Origin: an uncultured bacterium | GTDB lineage: Bacteria > Fermentibacterota > Fermentibacteria > Fermentibacterales > JCC-6 | Assembly (NCBI GenBank): GCA_965371785.1 | Contig: CBDUZS010000005.1 | Coordinates: 3,410-67,409 of the forward strand | DNA: 64,000 bases | Direction: 5' to 3' | Shown here: in pieces, positions 46,044 to 54,897 of the stretch | Position numbering within the stretch: the stretch's first letter is position 1 | Layout of the letters: the number at the start of each line of letters is the position of its first letter | Program-made: the position numbers and the translations under genes | The notes under the pieces: model-generated | Told to the model about the DNA's origin: nothing | Seen by the model: only the letters and a program-made list of their open reading frames with translations | The model's database searches: none

Positions 46044-47239
46044 TGTCTGCGTCCATCAGCGTCAGAACCGAGGTCTGTACCGGATGTGGTTTATGCGTGC
46101 CTGCCTGTCCTTTCGGTTCGATAGCGATGGTCGACGGGTTGGCAGTGATTGACGAGACCTGTACACTCTGCGGGGCATGTGAGTCCTCCTGCCCCTACGA
46201 AGCAATTGTCCTGCGGAAAACTGATGCCGTGAAAGCCGATACAGATGCCTTTTCGGGCGTACTGGTCATTGCAGAACAGCGTGACGGAGCAGTGGATCAC
46301 AGCACCCTGGAGCTTCTGGGAGAGGGCAGCAGACTTGCCGCAGCAGAGGGAACAGGGGTCTCGGTCGTCCTGCTGACTGGTGATACGGGTGACTGGCCCG
46401 AGGTTTTGATCCATCAGGGAGCTGACACCGTGTACGTTGCTGAAGATCCAGGACTGGCTCATTACAGGACGGAACCTTCTACTCGGCTTATCTCCGCCCT
46501 GATACTCGAGATGAAACCCTCCGTCGTTCTTGCCTCGGCAACTACGACCGGGCGCGATCTGATGCCAAGAATCGCAAGCAACCTCTGTACGGGACTCACG
46601 GCAGATTGCACCGTTCTCGAACTTGACGAGGAAAGCGGTCTGCTTCTCCAGACAAGACCTGCGTTCGGCGGTAACATCATGGCTACGATTGTCTGTGAGA
46701 GAACCAGGCCTCAGATGGCTACCGTGAGACCGAGAGTGATGAAGGCACTGGAGCTTGATTCTTCGAGAACCGGCAAGATCGTACGGCTTCCGATCCAGCA
46801 GAAAGATATCGAGAGCAGAACGGAAATAGTCGAATTCATACCACTCGATGAAGGTGAAGTGGATATCACCGAGGCCGAAGCAATCGTATCCGGCGGCAGA
46901 GGTCTGAAGGAACCCGGTAACTTCGCCTTGATGGCGGAACTGGCCGAGCTCCTCGGGGGCAGCGTTGGCGCCAGCAGGGCTGCAATCGATGCCGGTTGGA
47001 TTTCCTACCCCCACCAGGTTGGACAGACTGGAAAGACGGTTCAGCCCAGAATCTATATCGCCTGCGGTATTTCCGGTGCCGTTCAGCACAGGGTGGGAAT
47101 GCAGTCTTCCGACAGAATCGTTGCAGTGAACCGTGATGAATCCGCGCCGATCTTTGATTTCTGTGATCTCGGCTGCGTAGGTGACCTCTTCGAAGTAATA
47201 CCAGCACTCATCAGGGAGATAAAGCGCAGAAGGTCCTGA
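46043..47239 (+). CDS. etfA: Electron transfer flavoprotein, alpha subunit, with an N-terminal 2x[4Fe-4S] ferredoxin-like domain
   Basis: 'CTGCGLCVPACPFGSI' and 'CTLCGACESSCPYEAI' are followed by 'RPAFGGNIMATIVC' and 'GISGAVQHRVGMQSSDRIVAVNRD'. The start overlaps the etfB stop (TGATG). Confidence 0.9.
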   Translation: MSASISVRTEVCTGCGLCVPACPFGSIAMVDGLAVIDETCTLCGACESSCPYEAIVLRKTDAVKADTDAFSGVLVIAEQRDGAVDHSTLELLGEGSRLAAAEGTGVSVVLLTGDTGDWPEVLIHQGADTVYVAEDPGLAHYRTEPSTRLISALILEMKPSVVLASATTTGRDLMPRIASNLCTGLTADCTVLELDEESGLLLQTRPAFGGNIMATIVCERTRPQMATVRPRVMKALELDSSRTGKIVRLPIQQKDIESRTEIVEFIPLDEGEVDITEAEAIVSGGRGLKEPGNFALMAELAELLGGSVGASRAAIDAGWISYPHQVGQTGKTVQPRIYIACGISGAVQHRVGMQSSDRIVAVNRDESAPIFDFCDLGCVGDLFEVIPALIREIKRRRS

Positions 47240-47266
47240 TCCCTCTGCCTGCCCGAAGGAGACCCA

Positions 47267-48226
47267 TTGTACGAGGCAATCGGGGTACTGCACGTGCATA
47301 CGCTCCACTCGGATGGAACGGGAACACCGGCCGAGATCTCTTCTGCCGCTTCAGATGCCGGTCTTTCATTCGTCGGTATCAACGACCACCGCACTCTTTT
47401 CCTCAGAGATCATGGTCTCAGCGGATTGCAGGAGGGTGTGTTCTTCCTTACCGGCGCCGAGCTGGAGGATGACAGAAGACAGAATCATTTACTGGTTTAC
47501 GGTATCGACAGGCTTCCACCGACGGGAAACACCCTCGACCAGCTGGCGGACGTGAGAAGGCAGGGGGGTATAGCGATTGCGGCTCATCCTTTTGAGAGGG
47601 GGGGGCTGCTTCCCGGAGCAGGAACCTTCAGGTGGACGTACGGAGCGCAGAAGGCTCTCTCGGGCATAGAAATCTGGAATTACATGTCCGCCTGGAAGAG
47701 GAGAATCACTCCGTTCAGTGTTCCATCCAGGCTGAAGGATCCGGACCGTTATACCCTGCACCCCGACCGCGATGCAATGGGCCTGTGGTTCGAAACCGGC
47801 GGATGCGCTGTTGCCTGCCCTGACGCTCATGCGATAAGACCCGGGCTCGGCAGGCTGTCCGTGACGATATTCCCGTACTCCATGCTCTTCCGGAGGTTGA
47901 GGACACATCTGCTGCTGGAAAGTGAGCCGGAATGGAGCGATACGTCCCGCACCGAGAAGCAAATCCTGTCAGCCCTTGCAGACGGGCGCTGCTTCGCAAG
48001 TAACTTCATTCGCGGGGATGCGTCGGATTTCAGGGCTTCGAGAACTTCGGATGGCGTGCGCCTGGAACTCCCGATGAGTGGAGAGGTATCTGTCTATACT
48101 GCAGGTGTTGAACGTCACGAAGGTGAAATGGAAGCAGGAGAGCATTATATCGAATCTGTGACGTTTCCGGTGATTGTTACCGTCGAGAGGGATGGAGGAA
48201 CATGGATCGTCTGTGGCTTGCGCTGA
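47267..48226 (+). CDS. PHP-domain metallo-phosphoesterase family protein
   Basis: 'GVLHVHTLHSDGTGTPAEISSAASDAGLSFVGINDH' is the PHP motif H-x-H...SDG...DH. TTG start. Confidence 0.7.
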   Translation: MYEAIGVLHVHTLHSDGTGTPAEISSAASDAGLSFVGINDHRTLFLRDHGLSGLQEGVFFLTGAELEDDRRQNHLLVYGIDRLPPTGNTLDQLADVRRQGGIAIAAHPFERGGLLPGAGTFRWTYGAQKALSGIEIWNYMSAWKRRITPFSVPSRLKDPDRYTLHPDRDAMGLWFETGGCAVACPDAHAIRPGLGRLSVTIFPYSMLFRRLRTHLLLESEPEWSDTSRTEKQILSALADGRCFASNFIRGDASDFRASRTSDGVRLELPMSGEVSVYTAGVERHEGEMEAGEHYIESVTFPVIVTVERDGGTWIVCGLR

Positions 48227-48684
48227 CCGCTTCCATACTGATTCTTGCACCTTCAGCAGGCTCCACGCCTCTCGATACAGCCTATGATTTTCTCTACGCG
48301 GTCGAATTCGGTGACGGTGCTGCCATGCTGGGTACTTTCACCGAATCCCTGAGCCTGCAGATAAGCGCTCGGATAGAGCAGATGAGACAGCTGGCTCTCG
48401 CCGATCAATCCATTGCTGCCCGAACGATCCGCAGATTTGGTGGAACCATGACCATGTACGATCTCGAGAACCTGTCCCCGGATGAACTTCTCGGGAGAGT
48501 ACTGGAAGGAATTCATCTGAGTCTTCCTGAGAATGTCGACGAAGAGTACCTGACGATGTCCGGGAGGAATGCCGAAGTTACTCTCTCATGGATCGACGGC
48601 GGATCGGTTTCCTTCACCATGGTGTGGGAAGACAGCGGCTGGAGGATATCCGACACTGACCTCCTCTCGATGCTGTTCTATTAA
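48202..48684 (+). CDS. Secreted hypothetical protein
   Basis: Signal-like N-terminus MDRLWLALTASILILAPSAGS. It overlaps the previous gene by 25 nt. No family recognised. Confidence 0.5.
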   Translation: MDRLWLALTASILILAPSAGSTPLDTAYDFLYAVEFGDGAAMLGTFTESLSLQISARIEQMRQLALADQSIAARTIRRFGGTMTMYDLENLSPDELLGRVLEGIHLSLPENVDEEYLTMSGRNAEVTLSWIDGGSVSFTMVWEDSGWRISDTDLLSMLFY

Positions 48685-48781
48685 TTCTCTTCACGCGATG
48701 CGATGGGGAGATTGACAGAACAGTCCGTATAGCGTAGACTGCACGCTGGGTATTTTTTGACACATACTTTGGGGGTAATCA

Positions 48782-49135
48782 ATGCTCAGGATAGTATCTG
48801 CAACGATAATCGTTGGCCTTCTCGTCCTCGCCTGCGGTGGCGGAGCCGGAAGCCCCGAGGCTGCCGTAAAAGGCTTCTTCGACGCCATGAAGGATGGAGA
48901 CATCGACAAAGCCATTACATACCTTCCCGATGGTGAGGTCGACGACGATACAAAGGCTGGTCTCGAGATGGCAGCTGCATTCATCAACATGATGGAGATA
49001 GAGATCGTCGGCAGCGAGGTCGATGGCGACGAAGCCGTCGTTACGGTCAAGATGACTATTATGGGCGAGGAGACAGAGGAAGACCTTCCTCTGATTCTCG
49101 AGGGCGGAAGCTGGAAGCTTTCAGAAGGTTTCTAG
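48782..49135 (+). CDS. Small lipoprotein, DUF4878-like
   Basis: The lipobox is 'LVLACGG', followed by 'SPEAAVKGFFDAMKDGDIDKA' and the C-terminal 'GGSWKLSEGF'. Confidence 0.6.
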   Translation: MLRIVSATIIVGLLVLACGGGAGSPEAAVKGFFDAMKDGDIDKAITYLPDGEVDDDTKAGLEMAAAFINMMEIEIVGSEVDGDEAVVTVKMTIMGEETEEDLPLILEGGSWKLSEGF

Positions 49136-49156
49136 ATCCGGCTTGAAATGATATTG

Positions 49157-49182
49157 GAAGCCCCGGTTTCTGCCGGGGCTTC
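49157..49182. terminator. Stem-loop between convergent genes (10-bp perfect stem gaagccccgg/ccggggcttc, 6-nt loop)
   Basis: Inverted repeat 49157-49166 / 49173-49182, with weak T content on both sides. Possible bidirectional terminator. Confidence 0.5.
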
Positions 49183-49201
49183 TTCGTGGCTGAGATTCGG
49201 A

Positions 49202-49618
49202 TCAGATTTCCTTATCGGAAGACGGCAGCATCGACGCCTCCCAGTCATCCTCTCTCAACAGAACGAGAACAGCGGAGTTTGGTACTACGAAGTACTTCTT
49301 TCCCTCCAGGTTTATCTCGTATGCGGAGTTTTTCACGTACAGGATGAAATCGCCCTTGGCAGCCTGCAGCGGGAAGTAGCGTTGTTCCTCTCTTGTAGTC
49401 TGTTTCCAGGGCTCACTGTCCGCATTGAAAGTGCCGGGGACCGGATAACCCGGACCGACCGCTTCAACCCAGCCGTTGGATATCTTCTTTCCGTCAATTG
49501 CTGAGTCGGGGAGGTATAAACCGGAATGAGTTCTCTCGGAGGGAGAGAGGGGGGACACCAGGAGCCTGTCGCCCGTTACTATCAGTCTTTTCTTACCTAC
49601 GTACTTGGAGTCATCCAT
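49202..49618 (-). CDS. GroES/Cpn10-fold co-chaperonin-like protein with an internal insertion
   Basis: 'KKRLIVTGDRLLVSP...THSGLYLPDSA...GWVEAVGPG...PLQAAKGDFILY...GKKYFVVPNSAVLVLL' follows the GroES pattern. The start is set to ATG 49618 because the track's upstream extension runs into the tRNA-Ser gene. Confidence 0.6.
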   Translation of the reverse strand: MDDSKYVGKKRLIVTGDRLLVSPLSPSERTHSGLYLPDSAIDGKKISNGWVEAVGPGYPVPGTFNADSEPWKQTTREEQRYFPLQAAKGDFILYVKNSAYEINLEGKKYFVVPNSAVLVLLREDDWEASMLPSSDKEI

Positions 49619-49652
49619 CCTTTTCCCCGAGTCGAGTGGAGTATAAGAAATA

Positions 49653-49737
49653 TGGCGGAGGACCGGGGACTCGAACCCCGAAGGGCATGGCCCGGCGGAT
49701 TTCAAATCCGCTGCCTTACCAATTAGACTAGTCCTCC
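49653..49737 (-). tRNA. tRNA-Ser (anticodon UGA), class II with a long variable arm, CCA encoded
   Basis: The reverse complement reads GGAGGAC...GCGGA-UUUGAAA-UCCGC-CGGGCCAUGCCCUU-CGGGG-UUCGAGU-CCCCG-GUCCUCC-G-CCA. Confidence 0.85.
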
Positions 49738-49795
49738 GCAGGGGTCAGATTTATACTAATAGCTTGAAAAACGGTCAAACAGAGGGAGGCGTTAC

Positions 49796-50326
49796 TTGGC
49801 AACCGAAGTGGAGCTCAAGTTCCCCGTGGATGGGTTTCAGGAAATAACCTTGCGTCTCCGTGAACTCTGCTCTATTCCAGGCGAAGCGACTCCGGAGGAG
49901 AATTTAGTCTTCGACACACCGAACCGTCTTCTCGGGAAGAGAAACGTACTCCTCCGTCTCAGACTGACCGCCGGTCATACCATCCTCACCGTGAAGGGAC
50001 CCGTCAGGGATTCCGCCATGAAGGTCAGAAGCGAGTTCGAGACCCGGCTGTCCAGCAGCCTTGATGAGGCACGACAGATTTTCGAAACCCTGGGTTACGA
50101 AGTGGTTGCCAGCTATGAGAAGATCAGACAGGTGTCACGGCTGGGTAACGTCACGGTCTGCCTGGACGAACTATGGTTCGGCTCCTTCGTCGAGCTGGAG
50201 GCTTCGACCGAGGAAGATCTTGCCGATGCAGCGCTCAAGTTGGGTTTCGATCCGTCTCACGGCTTGTCGCGGAGTTATCTGAATCTCGAGGCCGAGGCTC
50301 GAATCGCTGAAAGCATCGGGGAATGA
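49796..50326 (+). CDS. CYTH-domain protein (class IV adenylate cyclase / triphosphatase family)
   Basis: 'EVELKFPV', 'LRLRLTAGHTILTVKGP' and 'RSEFETRL' are present. TTG start. Confidence 0.7.
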   Translation: MATEVELKFPVDGFQEITLRLRELCSIPGEATPEENLVFDTPNRLLGKRNVLLRLRLTAGHTILTVKGPVRDSAMKVRSEFETRLSSSLDEARQIFETLGYEVVASYEKIRQVSRLGNVTVCLDELWFGSFVELEASTEEDLADAALKLGFDPSHGLSRSYLNLEAEARIAESIGE

Positions 50327-51108
50327 ACCTGATCGTACTGACTGCCCTGCTGGCATCTATCCCGGTTATCAATGTCGAAACGTTGCAGCAACCGGAAAGC
50401 CAGCCCGATGAAGAGACCGAAGTCGAGGAGCCTTCTCAGGCCCCGGATTCATTCCTGGACCCGTACAGGAAACCGGATGACGGAAAAGGTTTATGCGGCT
50501 GCTTCCAGTCGGTTTTCTGGGATGTATTCGAAATACCGTTCAGAATCGTTGGCTCCGTCGATATAGGCTACAACTCTGATCCGTGGAAGTTTGCGGGTGT
50601 AAGAGCATCGCGTGGTGCGGGAAACCCCATCGCGATCGATCTCGAAGCCGGGATGAGCCGCACAGGCAAAGAAAGAGGCTGGGAAGCTTCTGGAACGTTC
50701 AGGTTCCCCTCCCCCATGTCTCTGGATTTTCTTTACCATGATGTTCGGCCGGGTGAGGACCGAAAGGAATTCGCACTGTTCTACGCCGGTGTCCCCATCC
50801 AGCTTCTCTTCGATTCTCCACTATCCATCGAGACCGGAGGAGGGCTCCTTCTCGGGTGGGAAGATGACCGGGACGTACTCAGCGGAGGTTACGTCCAGCT
50901 AAGGGGAAGATTGTACTACTTCGGAGGAGGTTCCCTGGCAGCGGATTACAGGCTTGCCTGGTTGAACGGGCGCCCCTTGCACAGGGGTTCGGGCAGGCTC
51001 TACTGGTGCGAGGCTCCATTCTCTCTCTGGGCTGGATACACTGTTTTGCGAAATTGTCAGGGAGAAGTACTCCATGGTCCGGGGGCTGGTCTTGGTGTTT
51101 TCTTCTGA
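50323..51108 (+). CDS. Secreted hypothetical protein, possible outer-membrane beta-barrel
   Basis: N-terminal signal and an acidic linker are present. The C-terminal half has alternating strands and ends in '...GAGLGVFF'. Confidence 0.5.
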   Translation: MNLIVLTALLASIPVINVETLQQPESQPDEETEVEEPSQAPDSFLDPYRKPDDGKGLCGCFQSVFWDVFEIPFRIVGSVDIGYNSDPWKFAGVRASRGAGNPIAIDLEAGMSRTGKERGWEASGTFRFPSPMSLDFLYHDVRPGEDRKEFALFYAGVPIQLLFDSPLSIETGGGLLLGWEDDRDVLSGGYVQLRGRLYYFGGGSLAADYRLAWLNGRPLHRGSGRLYWCEAPFSLWAGYTVLRNCQGEVLHGPGAGLGVFF

Positions 51109-52672
51109 CCTGAACCGGCGCTTTACCGCAGCCGCAGCAGTACTGCTCTTCCTTGTCGTATCCGTTGTGCTGATGCCGAGCGGTTTCTGGGTTATCGACG
51201 AGGCTGGCAGGTATCTCCAGACCGTGTCCCTCTCCCGCTCCATCGAGCTGCCTCCCGAGATAGGTTACCCCGGTGCCTTTCTCCTGGGAGATTCCGCAGG
51301 AGAACTTCGCCCGCTGCCTTACCATTATGGGTACATGAGTGGCGGGAGGCTCTTCTCACAGTACAGCCCCCTCATGGCATTCATAACGCTGCCCCTTTTC
51401 CTGCTTGTGGGAAGACCGGGCATGTTCTTCCTCCCAGTTGTGGGTGCAGCCGTGCTGTGGATCATGCTGTCGAAGGTTGCGAGGAGAAGTGGATTTTCCG
51501 CATGGTCTGCAGCCCTGCTTCCTGCTGCCTGTACACCTCTTCTCTTCTACGGTTCAACGATCTGGTCTCACAATGCCGCCATTGCCCTGGGTCTCGGAGC
51601 ATGGATTGCTTCGGGGAACGGCAGGACGACTTGCAGTCTTCTGCTGGCTCTCGGCGCTTCGCTTCTTCGAGTGGAAATGCTTGTTCTCTTCCCGTTTCTT
51701 CTGATGAGAGGGGGAAAGAACGGTCTGACCAGGAGGCTTGTACTGTCAGCATTGTGCATGGCTGTCTTCATTGCTGCTTCTCGGCTACTCACCGGGGAAT
51801 GGATTGGTTCCCATCTGCTGGCAAGCGGTTCGGAGCAGGATCTGTACGGTCATGCCTCGATGAGCCTGCTCGGTGCGAAGCTGTTCGTTTTCTCGAGAAG
51901 CCTGCTCTTCGTTCTTCCCGGTGTATCTCCCGGCCTGAACGTTGCTGCGGGTACAACGTTATGGCTTCTCTGGTTTCTTTCGTTCAGGAAGGGAAAGCCA
52001 GGTAGAATCGCCTTCTTCCTCGGGTTGGCGATCTGCGTTGCGGCAATATGGTCGGCTGTCAGCCGGGACTTCAGACTGCTCGATCTCTTCACTATGAAAC
52101 ATCCGCTATTGGTGTTTCCTGCTCTCTGGCTGGTAAAGCCCCGCGAATGGAAGGTTCCATCCGCAATGATCCTCATTCTTCTGCTTGCTGCCGGGCCAAT
52201 GCACGTGGAAGATCTTGCATGGGGGATCCGCCTGCTGATGCTTCCCCTCTTCATGCTCGTCCTTCGTGCCGAACCGATGAGAGGAAGGATGCCGGGGGTG
52301 CTTCTCGCGGGGTCACTCTGCATCGTTCTCGCAATGGGATCTCTCTGGACCAAGAGACAGCGTTCGGAAGAACTGGTCAATCTCACCGAAGCAGCGGGCA
52401 GTGCTGTGATCTGCACATCATGGCTTCTTCCCGGCGAGTTTGCAGAGCTGCAGGCTGAAGGCATTCCCGTGGTCATGGCTGACAGATCGGGGGATTTTCT
52501 TCTGGCACTCGATCTCATGTCAGGTCTTGATCCGGTTGTTGTCTGTCTCGAAAGGGATATTGCGACCACGCTGACCGTTCTGTCCGGTGCCGGGTACGAG
52601 CCGGGGATCAGGGGCGTAATCAGTTTCGATCCTTTGCTCGGGGCTGCGGTCGTGAACCCACAGGCTCGCTGA
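51074..52672 (+). CDS. Polytopic membrane protein (about 12 TM), possibly GT-C-like, with a C-terminal soluble domain
   Basis: Many hydrophobic helices. An acidic 'IDE' motif sits in the first loop (FWVIDEAGRY). No firm family call, and the start is uncertain. Confidence 0.5.
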   Translation: MVRGLVLVFSSDLNRRFTAAAAVLLFLVVSVVLMPSGFWVIDEAGRYLQTVSLSRSIELPPEIGYPGAFLLGDSAGELRPLPYHYGYMSGGRLFSQYSPLMAFITLPLFLLVGRPGMFFLPVVGAAVLWIMLSKVARRSGFSAWSAALLPAACTPLLFYGSTIWSHNAAIALGLGAWIASGNGRTTCSLLLALGASLLRVEMLVLFPFLLMRGGKNGLTRRLVLSALCMAVFIAASRLLTGEWIGSHLLASGSEQDLYGHASMSLLGAKLFVFSRSLLFVLPGVSPGLNVAAGTTLWLLWFLSFRKGKPGRIAFFLGLAICVAAIWSAVSRDFRLLDLFTMKHPLLVFPALWLVKPREWKVPSAMILILLLAAGPMHVEDLAWGIRLLMLPLFMLVLRAEPMRGRMPGVLLAGSLCIVLAMGSLWTKRQRSEELVNLTEAAGSAVICTSWLLPGEFAELQAEGIPVVMADRSGDFLLALDLMSGLDPVVVCLERDIATTLTVLSGAGYEPGIRGVISFDPLLGAAVVNPQAR

Positions 52673-52762
52673 ACACTTGACAGATGCTCCAGGCAATTAC
52701 ATACCTCGGTTCCCGATTGAGGACATTCTATAGGAAATTACTGGCTGTTAAGGAGTTGAATA

Positions 52763-53329
52763 GTGACCGATCATAACATCATCGAGAGAAAACTGAAGAC
52801 GGATATCCACTTCAAGAACGCGCTGCGCAAGGATCTCGTCGAAAGTGTGCAGCAGCTGCATTCATGGCAGGAAAAGATCCATTCCCTGAACAACATCCGT
52901 AAGACGAAGAAACTTCAGCAAACCGTAAGAAGGTATGCCGATTTCGTCGAGGATCTTCGTGCATTCCTCTCACCGCTGCTGGATGAGCTGGAGTCCAGGA
53001 TCACTACCGAAATGGAGTTCAGCGATGATGAGATTCAACAGTTCACGGACGAGGTGAAAGAGGAGACCGCGCTGGCAGCAAAGGCCAGGGACGCTTTCAC
53101 ACGTGCGAAAGAGGCGCTCGGAGATGTTGAAGAGAAGAAAAAGATAGACAGGGAAGAGCTCGATAAGCTGAAACATGATTACAGCGCTGCGTTCAAGGCG
53201 TTCAGACTGGAGAAACACAAACTCATCGAGGCCGAAGAGGAACTCCAGAGCGAGCTTGTCGACAAGGAAATATTCAAGCTCGAACTCAAGAGAATCCTCG
53301 TAGAGCGGCACTTCATCTCCGAGATATAG
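52763..53329 (+). CDS. Coiled-coil protein of unknown function (K/E-rich)
   Basis: 188 aa with heptad-like K/E/L composition. GTG start follows aaggag. Confidence 0.5.
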   Translation: MTDHNIIERKLKTDIHFKNALRKDLVESVQQLHSWQEKIHSLNNIRKTKKLQQTVRRYADFVEDLRAFLSPLLDELESRITTEMEFSDDEIQQFTDEVKEETALAAKARDAFTRAKEALGDVEEKKKIDREELDKLKHDYSAAFKAFRLEKHKLIEAEEELQSELVDKEIFKLELKRILVERHFISEI

Positions 53330-53331
53330 CC

Positions 53332-54222
53332 TTGCAGATCTTCCCGGTCAGGCTCATTAGGAGAAGACTGCTCGTCACCCTGGCAGCCTGTCTTCTGTGC
53401 TCCATCCCGTTCATCTGGTATGACAGGGGCCTGTTTGTCATTCCGGTCATCTGGCTGTCCGGTGCAGTCTACTACACGTTCATTTTCCTTCCCAGATACA
53501 ATCGCAGGCGGCGAATCGCCTCCGTCCCCATGGACGAGAAGAGCCGGAGTATCCTCGAAAAAAGGGTTTCCTACTACCACGACCTGCCTGCGGAGGATAA
53601 GATAAGGTACGAAGCCGATATCAGAATCTTTATTGCCGAGAACAGGATTACGGGAATTGACGGTGTGGAGATCACCAGAGAGATCTCTCTGCTGGTTGCG
53701 GCTACCGCAATACGGCTGGTGTTCAGAAGACCTGAGTGGGAATACCGTGATTTCGGAGAGATACTGATCTATCCGGGTGGCTTCAGAATCGACGGTTCCT
53801 ATTCCACCGATTTGCGGCACAACGAGAATGCTGCAGCCGGAATGGTTCACTCCGATGGAGGAGTAATACTGTCACTGCCGCACCTGCTCCGGAGCTTCGA
53901 TCACAAGGATGACGGCTTCAATGTGGGATACCACGAATTCGCTCACGTACTCGATGGATATCGTCCGGACGGAGTTCCGTCGGAACTCGATCTCGGCTCC
54001 TACAGGCCCTGGGTGGAGGTCATGCAGAAGGAATTCGAGAAAGTGCATCGACACCGGTCAGTGCTCAGGGATTATGCCGGGACGAATCCAGCCGAGTTCT
54101 TCGCCGTTTCCGTCGAGACCTTCTTCGAGAAGCCGCACAAACTCAGGGAAAAGGCTCCCGATCTCTACGAACAGCTCGAAACGTTCTTCAATCAGGATCC
54201 TGATTCGGGTCGAGCGGGTTAA
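53332..54222 (+). CDS. Membrane-anchored zinc peptidase, M90 (MtfA-like) family
   Basis: Two N-terminal TM helices are present. 'GYHEFAHVLDG' (HExxH) and 'NPAEFFAVSVETFFEKP' are typical of the MtfA family. TTG start lies 2 nt after the previous stop. Confidence 0.7.
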   Translation: MQIFPVRLIRRRLLVTLAACLLCSIPFIWYDRGLFVIPVIWLSGAVYYTFIFLPRYNRRRRIASVPMDEKSRSILEKRVSYYHDLPAEDKIRYEADIRIFIAENRITGIDGVEITREISLLVAATAIRLVFRRPEWEYRDFGEILIYPGGFRIDGSYSTDLRHNENAAAGMVHSDGGVILSLPHLLRSFDHKDDGFNVGYHEFAHVLDGYRPDGVPSELDLGSYRPWVEVMQKEFEKVHRHRSVLRDYAGTNPAEFFAVSVETFFEKPHKLREKAPDLYEQLETFFNQDPDSGRAG

Positions 54223-54806
54223 CTCTTTCCCGAGGATCCCGGTTTCGTGACAGGGATTCCATCGCGACATAGAGGACAATCTTCGACACTCCAGCTCTTT
54301 GCGTCAACCGTAAGAAGAGCCCGGTAGGGAACGTCAAGCTCCAGAGTTCCCTTCGTCCTGTCGACTAGAAGCCCGACCATGAGTACGGTCGATTCGTGAG
54401 TGCTCAGGGCGGTTATCGATTCCCGTATGCTGCCGCCGGTGGTTACTACATCCTCCACGAGGAGAACTCTCGAGTTTTCGACGAGGCTCTGAAAACCCGA
54501 TCTCAGCGACATTATGCCCTCGGCATTCCGCTGAAGAAACGCGAAAGGTTTTCCCAGCTTGCAGGCTGCAGCAAAACCGAAGACTATTGCACCGAAGGCT
54601 GGAGCACAGACAACATCGATTTCCTCAGCGATGTCTTCCACCGAATCGGCCAGCATCGAGCCGAGTTCCATTACCAGATCCGGGTGCTGCACGATTCTGA
54701 TCTTCTCGAAGTATCTGCTTCCATGTCTTCCCGATGTGTATCTGAAATGCCCTTCCAGAAGAGCATCGCAGGATTTGAGTATGCCACGCACTCTCGAATC
54801 GTCCAT
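54219..54806 (-). CDS. pyrE: Orotate phosphoribosyltransferase
   Basis: The PRPP-binding motif is 'VLLVEDVVTTGGSIRESI'. The N-terminus is 'LLEGHFRYTSGRHGSRYF'. Confidence 0.85.
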   Translation of the reverse strand: MDDSRVRGILKSCDALLEGHFRYTSGRHGSRYFEKIRIVQHPDLVMELGSMLADSVEDIAEEIDVVCAPAFGAIVFGFAAACKLGKPFAFLQRNAEGIMSLRSGFQSLVENSRVLLVEDVVTTGGSIRESITALSTHESTVLMVGLLVDRTKGTLELDVPYRALLTVDAKSWSVEDCPLCRDGIPVTKPGSSGKS

Positions 54807-54897
54807 TATCCGTCCTCTCGAACATGAAATGTATACGAACTCGGTTCTCGGAGGGAAGCATAATCAGAGGGATTCGAAGTGAGGAGTGTTGGTTTTC

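Noticed and set aside
46091-47308. A 405-aa ORF on the minus strand, with similar long antisense ORFs at 12597..13814, 18079..19251, 10855..11760, 33798..34655, 42394..43179, 56144..57031 and 20774..21256.
   Set aside because: Each lies entirely antisense to a gene with strong family motifs (etfA, cargo proteins, exbD/tonB, MIPS, fabF and others). They have low-complexity, Arg/Ser/Gly-rich translations typical of shadow ORFs in moderately GC-rich DNA.
49619-49705. N-terminal 29-aa extension of the GroES-like ORF.
   Set aside because: It overlaps the tRNA-Ser gene on the same strand. The internal ATG at 49618 gives a product that aligns with the GroES N-terminus.
49653-49737. I considered this long-variable-arm tRNA as a possible tRNA-Sec (selC), given the selenoprotein candidate in the window.
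   Set aside because: The anticodon loop reads UUUGAAA, so the anticodon is UGA (decoding the Ser codon UCA) and not UCA. The acceptor and T stems are 7/5 bp rather than the 8/5 expected for bacterial tRNA-Sec. It is tRNA-Ser.
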